Shown here piece after piece: positions 18,032 to 26,414 of a stretch of DNA of 45,041 nt. The position numbers and the translations under genes were made by a program. The notes below the pieces were generated by a model that was given only the letters and a program-made list of their open reading frames with translations, was not told the DNA's origin and ran no database searches. Positions within the stretch are counted from its first letter, which is position 1. Every line of letters begins with the position of its first letter. The stretch comes from Acinetobacter phage Arbor, in sequence record ON237674.1. The stretch is one strand, 5' to 3'.

Positions 18032-18457
18032 ATGTCTGAAGGCTTAAAGACAAAAACAGTTACTATTGAAGATGGTCGCGATAAAGGCAAGGTATTTAAA
18101 ATTACTGAAATGCCAGCGATTCAAGCTGATGAATGGGCACATCGTCTTTTAGAACAAGCCGCGAATAGTGGTGTTAATTTAAAAGATGTTGATGTATTGA
18201 ATCTTGATACAAAGTCAATGGCTGGAATGATTGAAATTGGCGCGGCAGTGTTTACCGTATTGGGTCGTATTCCGCATGAAATTTCACGCGAACTAAAATT
18301 TGATTTGCTTGATCGCTGTGTGCAAATTGTTCCTAAGTCTGGTGAGCCTCGCATGTGCATGTGGGATCAGGAGATTAAAGACTTTAAGAACTTTACAATT
18401 CTTGCTGCTCACGCTATTGGGATTCATATTGATTTTTTAGAACAAGGCGAAGCTTAA
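18032..18457 (+). CDS. tail assembly chaperone (G-like)
   Basis: Position between the tube and the tape-measure genes. Contains a slippery site near its 3' end. Confidence 0.55.
   Translation: MSEGLKTKTVTIEDGRDKGKVFKITEMPAIQADEWAHRLLEQAANSGVNLKDVDVLNLDTKSMAGMIEIGAAVFTVLGRIPHEISRELKFDLLDRCVQIVPKSGEPRMCMWDQEIKDFKNFTILAAHAIGIHIDFLEQGEA
18433..18439 (+). other. -1 programmed ribosomal frameshift slippery heptamer T_TTT_TTA
   Basis: In the G frame the codons are TTT TTA. The -1 frame is open from 18433 through 18699. Confidence 0.55.
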
Positions 18458-18699
18458 TACTTGATTATTCTTATCGCAAGGACGCGATGAGCAATCAGGA
18501 TCTAAAAGAAGGTGTCTTGGCTAGCCCTCTAAATGTGTCTGAAACTGTGTATAGGGCGTTATTAACTGGAATGTGTAATTATCACCAGTTAAACACTTGT
18601 ATCGGTCTTGAGGGTGCGCTAAACATGATTGAAGCTAAGCAAGTCGCCGACTACAACGAAGCAAAAATCAAATATTTTGCTAGTCAAGAACAGAGGTAA
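18433..18699 (+). CDS. T-extension of the tail assembly chaperone (GT fusion via -1 frameshift; also annotatable as ORF 18487..18699)
   Basis: -1 frame open from the slippery site to stop 18699. Conserved G/GT arrangement upstream of the tape measure. Confidence 0.5.
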   Translation, partial: FFRTRRSLILDYSYRKDAMSNQDLKEGVLASPLNVSETVYRALLTGMCNYHQLNTCIGLEGALNMIEAKQVADYNEAKIKYFASQEQR

Positions 18700-18701
18700 A
18701 A

Positions 18702-20732
18702 ATGGCTGAAAATATTGTTGAGTCGATAATTGTAAAGCTTGGGTTAGACGGCTCACAATATAATCGTGAAGCCGAAAAAGCCAAGTCAAATAATGACAAG
18801 CTAAATAAGTCTGTCAGTGAAACTGATAAAGCTGTTAGCACTGTAACTGGTACGATTACCAGATTCTTTGGTATCTTGGCTGCTGCTACTGGCATTCTTA
18901 GAATGGTTGATCAAGTTCAAAAGCTTAATGACGAGCTTTATCATCTTGAGCGCAATCTAGGAATGTCAGCAAGCACCATTAAGAACTGGCAAGGTGCTGC
19001 TGGTGCAATGGGTGGCTCTGCTCAAGGTATGACTGAATCAATCAAATCCTTGAATATGGGAATGAATGATTTTGTCACAATGGGCGATACTACCCTGTTA
19101 CCATTCATGAATGCTTTGGGTGTCGGCATGGTCGATGCTCAGGGTAAACTAAGAAAAACCGATGATGTGATGTTAGACCTTGCGGATTCATTCTCCAAAA
19201 TGGATCGTGAGCAAGCATTCTCTATTGCCTCAAAAATGGGAATTGACGAGGGCACATTCAATACGCTTGTACAGGGGCGTAAAGAAATGGAGAAGATGAT
19301 TGAATATCAATCTAAGATGTACAGGTCCTCCGAAGAAGAATTAAAAGCATCTCGTCAATTAGCGCAAAACCGTGCATTGCTAGGTCAGCATTGGGAATCA
19401 CTTAAGACAATGATGGCAAATGCTATCATTCCGTTATTTGTGAAGCTTAGTGAAGTTGCGCTAGGAATATTTGAATATCTGCAAGAAAATCAACAAGCCG
19501 TACAAGCGGTATTCAAAGGCATATCTTTTGTAATTGGCGCTATTCTCATCCCAATTCTGGCAAAGGCTACAGTTGCGGCTTTAGCGTTTATCGCCCCATT
19601 TGCTCCATTTATTTTAGTTGTAGGTGCATTAGGTGCGGCATTTGGCTTGCTTTATGACGACTATAAAACTTGGGCAGAAGGTGGCAAATCATTATTTGAT
19701 TGGGGTGCATTCAGAAAGTACATTGATGATTCGACTTTATCTGTTGATAACTTGAAAAATGCTTTCAGCAATCTAGGCAAAGACATGCTGAATAATGCAA
19801 TACCAACGCTTAAAGGCTATGCTGAAATTCTTGATAAATTAGTATCTGGTAATTTTAAAGGTGCAGCCTTACAGGCTTGGGATATGCTTAAAAACTACTA
19901 CTCAAGAGCCGCTGATTTTGTTGATGACTTGACTGGTCAAGAACAAGGGACATTGGCTAATGCTGCTAGCAATCTTATAAATCCGAGTTCTACACCTGCG
20001 ACTAGCAATGCTCGAGTGACTTATAAATCAAAAGCATTCACACCAGAGAAAGCTGCTTCTATTGCGCGTGTGGCTAAAAATATTGGTGTTAATCCTAATG
20101 ATTTGGCTGCTGTTATTTCATTTGAGACTGGTGGAACTTTCAGCCCTAGTAAGAGAAACCCGAATTCTTCTGCAACTGGGTTAATTCAGTTCATGGCGGG
20201 ATCTGGTGGCACTAAAGGGAAATACTATGGTATGACTCGTGACCAATTTGGCTCACTGTCTTTTGATGAACAAATGAAGTATGTTGAGAAGTACTTTTTG
20301 GAGCGTAGTAGTAGATTTAGGGCTAGCAACGAGGCTAAGAATACTACTGGTGATGTGTACGGTGCTGTAACTGGCTACGGATACAAGAAAGGGTCAAGAG
20401 AGTATGAGTTAAATAAAGTATGGGATTCAAACAAGAATGGCATAATCGAAAAAGGTGAAATGGTGCAAAACCCATCATTCAGGGCGCACCAACGACAATA
20501 TTTTGATATGTCAAACTTAGCTGCTGTTCAGCAATCTACTCGTCAAGGCGACTTTATTGACTTAACTAAAGCTAGACAAAACCAAGCAATGGCAAACAAG
20601 GCTAATGAAGTCCAAGTTAATGTAGGCGACATTAATATTCAGACTTCATCTAGTACGGTTACTGGTAATGTCCAAGATGCGATGGGTGCGGTTAAAGATC
20701 AATTCTATCAATTCCGAAATTCATTTAATTAG
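18702..20732 (+). CDS. tail tape measure protein with lytic transglycosylase (SLT-like) domain
   Basis: 676 aa with an internal membrane-like helix. Motif ETGGTFSPSKRNPNSSATGLIQF typical of TMP-embedded lysozyme-like domains. Confidence 0.8.
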   Translation: MAENIVESIIVKLGLDGSQYNREAEKAKSNNDKLNKSVSETDKAVSTVTGTITRFFGILAAATGILRMVDQVQKLNDELYHLERNLGMSASTIKNWQGAAGAMGGSAQGMTESIKSLNMGMNDFVTMGDTTLLPFMNALGVGMVDAQGKLRKTDDVMLDLADSFSKMDREQAFSIASKMGIDEGTFNTLVQGRKEMEKMIEYQSKMYRSSEEELKASRQLAQNRALLGQHWESLKTMMANAIIPLFVKLSEVALGIFEYLQENQQAVQAVFKGISFVIGAILIPILAKATVAALAFIAPFAPFILVVGALGAAFGLLYDDYKTWAEGGKSLFDWGAFRKYIDDSTLSVDNLKNAFSNLGKDMLNNAIPTLKGYAEILDKLVSGNFKGAALQAWDMLKNYYSRAADFVDDLTGQEQGTLANAASNLINPSSTPATSNARVTYKSKAFTPEKAASIARVAKNIGVNPNDLAAVISFETGGTFSPSKRNPNSSATGLIQFMAGSGGTKGKYYGMTRDQFGSLSFDEQMKYVEKYFLERSSRFRASNEAKNTTGDVYGAVTGYGYKKGSREYELNKVWDSNKNGIIEKGEMVQNPSFRAHQRQYFDMSNLAAVQQSTRQGDFIDLTKARQNQAMANKANEVQVNVGDINIQTSSSTVTGNVQDAMGAVKDQFYQFRNSFN

Positions 20733-20739
20733 GTGATAT

Positions 20740-21357
20740 ATGTTAGCTGGAATGCCTTCTGTACCAGACTTTATACCAGTGGAAGCTTTGACAAATGTTG
20801 GGCTTTCATTGGGCGGTGCTGCTTTAATTAATGCAGTTTTTGGGAAAACATGGGGGATTGTTAATCAATTTGGCATCCCTATTGTTTTAGCTGACACTGT
20901 TGTAAGTATGAATTACGATGCTGGGTCTAGCATTTCAAAATATCCAGTAGAGCAAGGTTCATTTGCTTCATATAACAAAGTGAATGCTCCGTCTATGGCA
21001 ACCGTTTCAATGGCAAAGGGAAGTGGAGGGTCACAAGAAAGGGGTGGTTTATTAGCTCAAATTGAAGCTCTACTAAAATCGACTGTAAGCTTTCACATCA
21101 TTACACCTGAGTACGTTTATCTAAACTATCAGATTGTTGGAATTAACCACGCCCGATCTGCTCAAGATGGGGCAACAATGATCACTGTTAATGTTGATCT
21201 TGAAGAGGTGCTGGAGGCAAAAGTGGAATATTCTATTGAAGAAGTAAAAGCACCTAGCGACTCTAAAACTGTAGATGGTGGTGCTAAGCAATCCGTTAGT
21301 ATTCTTGGTGGTGATAATATAGTTGGAAATGTAGTAAGAGGTATTCTTGGATTATGA
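20740..21357 (+). CDS. tail protein (hypothetical; Mu gpN / XkdP-position)
   Basis: Position after the tape-measure gene. Confidence 0.4.
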   Translation: MLAGMPSVPDFIPVEALTNVGLSLGGAALINAVFGKTWGIVNQFGIPIVLADTVVSMNYDAGSSISKYPVEQGSFASYNKVNAPSMATVSMAKGSGGSQERGGLLAQIEALLKSTVSFHIITPEYVYLNYQIVGINHARSAQDGATMITVNVDLEEVLEAKVEYSIEEVKAPSDSKTVDGGAKQSVSILGGDNIVGNVVRGILGL

Positions 21358-21629
21358 TTTATCAAATACCGTTAGCACAAGTCCCGAACCAATTTTTCAC
21401 CACATCGTTAAATGGTGTTACTTGGGCAATCACGCTAGAAACTCGATTAAATAACTTGTATATCAGTTTATCTAATAATAATGACGGTGATGTATTGTTA
21501 AATCGCATATGCCTAAACCGAACCTACTTAGGGCATGGCTTTATCTTTGTTGATATAGACGGGAATAGTGATCCCGAATATACAGGGTTAAGCACTCGTT
21601 ATTTACTTATCTGGACAGACGAAGTATGA
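21354..21629 (+). CDS. small tail protein
   Basis: ATGA-coupled. 91 aa. Confidence 0.4.
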   Translation: MIYQIPLAQVPNQFFTTSLNGVTWAITLETRLNNLYISLSNNNDGDVLLNRICLNRTYLGHGFIFVDIDGNSDPEYTGLSTRYLLIWTDEV

Positions 21630-21712
21630 TTTTATAGTGCCTAGCCTGACGGGGTAAAGATGAAGAAAGCCTATTCATCGTGGCACACCAGTTTTATTAA
21701 TTAGGTTATACT

Positions 21713-21736
21713 AGCCTCCAATACGGAGGCTTTTTA
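21713..21736 (+). terminator. intra-operon terminator abutting the GTG start of the next gene
   Basis: AGCCTCCAATACGGAGGCT hairpin followed by TTTTT, then GTG at 21739. Confidence 0.5.
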
Positions 21737-21738
21737 TT

Positions 21739-22629
21739 GTGAAAAAGAAGGTCATTAAAATAACGCTAACATTGCAAGATGGCGTTCAAACTTTTACGGC
21801 TGAAGGTGACAACCGATTGTCATCTACAGGCTTAGCCATATCTACAAATATCACATATGGCAATGGGGCTATTTCGCCGACTGCTCAAATCACTGTTTAC
21901 GGTCTTCCTCTTGCCACAATGATTAAGCTTATGCGTATTCAATGGAATACCATGCAAGCTATTTTAAATATGGTCAAGATTGAAGTTGGCGAACAAGGAC
22001 AGCCATTAAAAGTTGCTTATGAGGGCAATATCACCTTCGCAACAATCAATATGGATGGTGCGCCAAATGTAGCATTAGTAATCACAAGTCAAATGGCTGT
22101 AGTTGAAAAAATGCGTCCTACTGATCCATTTACCATTCCAAAAGGCAAAGAATTTGATGCAGCAGATATTGTTAAGTTCTTGGCGCAAGACATGCAGTAT
22201 GAGTTTGAAAACTACGGTGTTACTCACATCCTAACAGACACCACACTAAACGGCTCAAATATAGAAAAAATTGAAAAGTTAGCTCAAATGTGCGACTTTG
22301 ATTTGTACATCGAGCAAAGATTAATTGTTATTTGCAAGAAAGGTGGAGATAGGGAAGTTAAAATACCAATCATTACACCTAAGACGGGCTTGATTGGCTA
22401 CCCTGCTCCAGATCAAAGAGGAATAACATTTAGTTGCGCGTATGATCCGCTTGTTAGATTTGGTGGCATTGTGCAAATTAGAGAAAGCATTATAGGTGAT
22501 GTTGTCAATCAAGATTGGCGTGTATATGGTCTTGTTGCTACACTTGAGGCAAATATTCCGCAAGGCAAGTGGCAAATGAATGTAAATGCGACTTGGAGGA
22601 ATTCAAAAGATGCAGCAGTCCAACGCTAG
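21739..22629 (+). CDS. baseplate/tail protein (gpD / XkdQ-position)
   Basis: 296 aa with a GTG start. Order relative to the V/W/J/I-like genes. Confidence 0.4.
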   Translation: MKKKVIKITLTLQDGVQTFTAEGDNRLSSTGLAISTNITYGNGAISPTAQITVYGLPLATMIKLMRIQWNTMQAILNMVKIEVGEQGQPLKVAYEGNITFATINMDGAPNVALVITSQMAVVEKMRPTDPFTIPKGKEFDAADIVKFLAQDMQYEFENYGVTHILTDTTLNGSNIEKIEKLAQMCDFDLYIEQRLIVICKKGGDREVKIPIITPKTGLIGYPAPDQRGITFSCAYDPLVRFGGIVQIRESIIGDVVNQDWRVYGLVATLEANIPQGKWQMNVNATWRNSKDAAVQR

Positions 22630-23257
22630 TGGCTTTAACATCAATAATCTTGGTGGGGCTAAAGAATTTAAGGCTAATATTCTCTCAATTCTTTCTAGTG
22701 AACTAAACACTGGTGAAGTTGTAGAGATAACAGAAGTTTATTCAAATGACAATGGTCCAGTCGGCTTTGTTTCTGTTAAACCTATGCTTTATCGTATTGG
22801 TGCAGACAATAACAACCTAGAATTAGGCGAAATTCATAATGTGCCTTACTACCGAATACAAGGTGGAAAGAATGCGGTTATATGTGACCCGCAGGTTGGT
22901 GATATAGGGTTTTGCGTATTTGCAACTCGTGATACATCATTGTTAAAGCGAACTCGCTCAAGAGTTGGGCCAAACGTAAATCGAGTTTGCGATCAATCAG
23001 ACGCATTTTTAACGATGACGTGGAGCAAAGAAGAAGCCGAACAATATATCTGGTTTAAGGACAATGAAATCCACATCAAAGCAAATTCAAAGATTGTTCT
23101 TGATGCGCCAGAAGTTGTAATACCTAATGGAAAATTAACAGTATCAGGCATAATTGAATCTTTAACTGATATAATCACTAAAGGCATTCGACTATTTACA
23201 CATAGGCATGGCGGGGTTCAATCTGGACCTAGTGATACGGACGTACCAAAGGCTTAA
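22607..23257 (+). CDS. baseplate spike protein (gpV-like OB-fold N-terminus)
   Basis: GEVVEITEVYSNDNGPVGFVSVKP...YYRIQGG resembles the gpV N-terminal domain. Start at MQQSN. Confidence 0.5.
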   Translation, partial: KMQQSNASGFNINNLGGAKEFKANILSILSSELNTGEVVEITEVYSNDNGPVGFVSVKPMLYRIGADNNNLELGEIHNVPYYRIQGGKNAVICDPQVGDIGFCVFATRDTSLLKRTRSRVGPNVNRVCDQSDAFLTMTWSKEEAEQYIWFKDNEIHIKANSKIVLDAPEVVIPNGKLTVSGIIESLTDIITKGIRLFTHRHGGVQSGPSDTDVPKA

Positions 23258-23259
23258 TT

Positions 23260-23406
23260 ATGCAATTACATGAGTTGTTCTGGTTTTTTATTGGTTTTGT
23301 TGCAGCATTTATTGTGATTCATTCAGCGCGAAGTATTGCTTATGCAGTGGCAGCATTTTTCACTTTATTAGTTGTACTAAATATCATGGGGGTAAACATT
23401 ATATGA
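23260..23406 (+). CDS. 48-aa membrane peptide
   Basis: Single hydrophobic helix. ATGA-coupled on both sides. Confidence 0.3.
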   Translation: MQLHELFWFFIGFVAAFIVIHSARSIAYAVAAFFTLLVVLNIMGVNII

Positions 23407-23756
23407 AAACTATGTTTCTAAACACAAAAACTTGGGATTTAGCTTTAGACACACAAGGAAATATTGCTGTAGCTACTGAAGAGTATCAGCAAGCGCAAGA
23501 CATTGCGTGTTCATGCCGTGTTTTTCTTGGTGATGACTATTACAATAAGAATGATGGCATCCCTTATTTAGAGTCAATCATGGGTAAATTTGGCTATCCA
23601 ATTTCTTTATATCAGCGCCACCTACAAGAAAGATCATTACTTGTTTCTGGCGTAGTATCGGTTAATGTAAAATTGGCTTTGGATAAGGATCGTGTAGCGT
23701 CTGGATCTATTGAGTTTACGAATGATAAAAATCTTAGCGGAGTAGTGGGCTTATGA
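23403..23756 (+). CDS. baseplate wedge protein (gpW/gp25 or XkdS-like)
   Basis: 117 aa immediately before a baseplate-J-like gene. Confidence 0.45.
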   Translation: MKTMFLNTKTWDLALDTQGNIAVATEEYQQAQDIACSCRVFLGDDYYNKNDGIPYLESIMGKFGYPISLYQRHLQERSLLVSGVVSVNVKLALDKDRVASGSIEFTNDKNLSGVVGL

Positions 23757-24937
23757 TCCCAAAGATAGAAATAACTGATGTCGGATATTCAGTTCCCGAC
23801 ACTGAAAGCATTAACAATGGCACATGGAGCATGATTGATGACTCTTTCGGGGGTAATGTTTCTCGTGTTCAAGGTTCGCCACAGTATCAATTAAATACTT
23901 CATGGACGGCAGTCATTAAAGATTGCTACGACAAGCTTGTTTATCTAGCTAACCAATATGATCCGCGTTATGCACAAGGTATTTTTCAAGATGCTATTGG
24001 TGAACTTTATTTTTTAACAAGAAAGCTTGCTACTCGTTCACAATGCCCTGTGGTTTTTGAGGGTTTGTCTGGCGCTCCTATTCCAGAAGGATTTGCCGTT
24101 CAAGATTTGTCTGGTCGAACTTGGCGAACCAATGGAACGTACAATATTGGCTCAAACGGAAAAGTGACGATTACAGTAACTTGTGATGAGGCTGGAGCTA
24201 TTGAAGCGCTACCAAACTCTATTGTTGTCATTCCCACATCTATTAATGGTCTTGATCGTGTTTACAATGAAGATAGCGCGGTGATGGGATATGATGAAGA
24301 AAGTCGTGTTGATTTTGAGGTTCGCCGAAAAGAGTCTGTAGCAATTAATTCTAAAATGACTGATTCAGCCACACTTGGCGCAGTTTTGGCGGTTCGTGAT
24401 GTTGTAGATGCTTATGTAATCTCAAATCCAACTGATGCAACTGTAACAGTAGGCTCAACAAATTATCCGTTAATCCGAAATTCTATCTGTGTTTCTGTTG
24501 TTGGTGGTAATGATTATGATGTAGCAAAAGCCGCTTTTATTAAAGCTGGCACTGGCTGCTCATGGAATGGTAACACAAACGTAACAGTAATTGCTGAAGA
24601 CTATCCATCTAATCCTCCTAAATATCCTATTAAAATTTTACGCCCTGCCTTTCTTGATATTTGGGTAAAAGTTATTGTTAAAGATAAAGATGCGATTTCT
24701 TACACTATTAAACAAGAAGTTATTAATCATATTCTGACTAGCGCTGCTTCTGGTGAAAATAAGGTTCGTATTGGAAAAGATTTTATACCAGCTGATTATA
24801 TTTGCGGCATGCCAAAAATTGGATTAAAGGGAATTGTAGCAAGCACAGATAATGCCACATGGGTTAATGAAATCCCTGTTGGCATTGATCAATACCCATC
24901 TTTAAATTCTTTTAGAATTTCTATTGAGGAAAGCTAA
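23753..24937 (+). CDS. baseplate J-like protein
   Basis: 394 aa. ATGA-coupled. Position between the W-like and I-like genes. Confidence 0.55.
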   Translation: MIPKIEITDVGYSVPDTESINNGTWSMIDDSFGGNVSRVQGSPQYQLNTSWTAVIKDCYDKLVYLANQYDPRYAQGIFQDAIGELYFLTRKLATRSQCPVVFEGLSGAPIPEGFAVQDLSGRTWRTNGTYNIGSNGKVTITVTCDEAGAIEALPNSIVVIPTSINGLDRVYNEDSAVMGYDEESRVDFEVRRKESVAINSKMTDSATLGAVLAVRDVVDAYVISNPTDATVTVGSTNYPLIRNSICVSVVGGNDYDVAKAAFIKAGTGCSWNGNTNVTVIAEDYPSNPPKYPIKILRPAFLDIWVKVIVKDKDAISYTIKQEVINHILTSAASGENKVRIGKDFIPADYICGMPKIGLKGIVASTDNATWVNEIPVGIDQYPSLNSFRISIEES

Positions 24938-25563
24938 TGGAGAATATTAAAGAAACGATAATGTCGCAGTACGCACACAGTCCCACAATATTGTCTCTTA
25001 TTGATGGCATTAATGAAGTAATAGATCCTCAATATTTTATTGATGATTTTTATGAAAAAGTTTATCGCTTATCAAGTGCTGAAGGCTTTGGTCTAGATAT
25101 TTGGGCCGATAAAGTTGGCGTGTCACGTTTTGCTAAAACTGCCGATCCAAATGCAAAAACATTTGGATTTCAGCCAGATTACCAGCCATTTAATACCTAT
25201 CCATTTTCTGATGGTGGTGCGTTTGCTTCTTATTGTTTAACCGATGCAGACCTAAGAAAACTAATTATCATTAAAGCTGCTTCAAATATTCTTTATGCAA
25301 GTGCTTGGAATATTAATAAGTTTTTATTAATGGTTTTTGGTGGTCGCAAAGCTTATTACGACATTACAGGACATATGGCCGCTCAATATGTTTTTGAGTT
25401 TGCATTAACCCCTTTTGATCGGCTTATTGTTTATACTCTAAATATGCTCCCAATGCCTTCAGGTGTTGGTATATCATACAAAGAGGTTGATGTGGATAGA
25501 ACATTTGGCTTTAATGGCTCAGAATTAAGCAATTTCAATAATGGAGTTTTCTATAGTGGCTAA
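24937..25563 (+). CDS. tail protein I-like (DUF2313/XkdU-like)
   Basis: 208 aa following baseplate J, preceding the fibers. Confidence 0.5.
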   Translation: MENIKETIMSQYAHSPTILSLIDGINEVIDPQYFIDDFYEKVYRLSSAEGFGLDIWADKVGVSRFAKTADPNAKTFGFQPDYQPFNTYPFSDGGAFASYCLTDADLRKLIIIKAASNILYASAWNINKFLLMVFGGRKAYYDITGHMAAQYVFEFALTPFDRLIVYTLNMLPMPSGVGISYKEVDVDRTFGFNGSELSNFNNGVFYSG

Positions 25564-26413
25564 TCCTATATTTATCCCGATAGCATTTGCTGCTAACGGA
25601 ATTAAAAACATTATTCAAAAAGTTCGTCAAACTGGACAAGATCCAGAGGATTTTACATGGAATGAAGGTGCGCCTTTAATTACCATGACGAAAATCGAAG
25701 ATGGCGGGAAAGCTCCAAAGGGCCAAGATGTAAACGGTGTACTTAATGCTTTGTCTGAGCATGTTATTTACGGTCAAAATGGCGGGCGCTATACGTGGTC
25801 GCAAGATGTGATAAATAACTATGGCGGCTATGCTGCTGGCGCCATTATTCAATCTGATGACTTGACAAAAGAATTTATTAGCCTTATTCCAAACAATACC
25901 GTAAACCCAAATAACGGACTTGCTAATAATGCTTGGTCTGTTTACACAGGTCAAGGAAGTATTCCCATTGCATCAAGCACCACTGCGGGCATATTAAAAG
26001 TATTGAATTTATTAACAAGTAACGATACTGGGTCAGCTCTAAGTGCTGCACAAGGTAAGGTTTTAGGTGATGCGTTTGGCGCACTAAATACCACTATAAA
26101 TGCATTTTTTAATAAATTCGCCTACAACTTAACCGCCAATAATGGAAGCCTTTCCATACCATTTGGAGCAACTGGATTTACACTAATCATCAAATATGGG
26201 TATGCACCCGTAAATGGAGATTCAAACGCAACAGTTAATTTTGCCGAAGCGTTCCCAAATTCATGCTTAAATGCTCAGGCAACTTTGAATAGTGTGACAT
26301 TTGATAGTTATGCTGATGCTGGTTGTGGTGTAACTTGGACTCGATTTGGGTTAACACTAAGAAATGGCACAGCCAATCAGCTAAATATTACATGGTTTGC
26401 AATAGGATACTAA
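25541..26413 (+). CDS. tail fiber protein (short)
   Basis: N-terminus (IAFAANGIKNII..., ...DVNGVLNAL) parallels the N-terminus of the next gene. Gly/Asn/Thr-rich C-terminus. Confidence 0.55.
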   Translation: MEFSIVANPIFIPIAFAANGIKNIIQKVRQTGQDPEDFTWNEGAPLITMTKIEDGGKAPKGQDVNGVLNALSEHVIYGQNGGRYTWSQDVINNYGGYAAGAIIQSDDLTKEFISLIPNNTVNPNNGLANNAWSVYTGQGSIPIASSTTAGILKVLNLLTSNDTGSALSAAQGKVLGDAFGALNTTINAFFNKFAYNLTANNGSLSIPFGATGFTLIIKYGYAPVNGDSNATVNFAEAFPNSCLNAQATLNSVTFDSYADAGCGVTWTRFGLTLRNGTANQLNITWFAIGY

Positions 26414-26414
26414 A

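Noticed and set aside
18487-18699. Independent 70-aa gene between chaperone and tape measure
   Set aside because: Its frame is open upstream to 18433 and joins the G frame through a canonical TTTTTTA slippery site. Interpreted as the T part of a GT frameshift product rather than a separate gene. A separate translation cannot be excluded.
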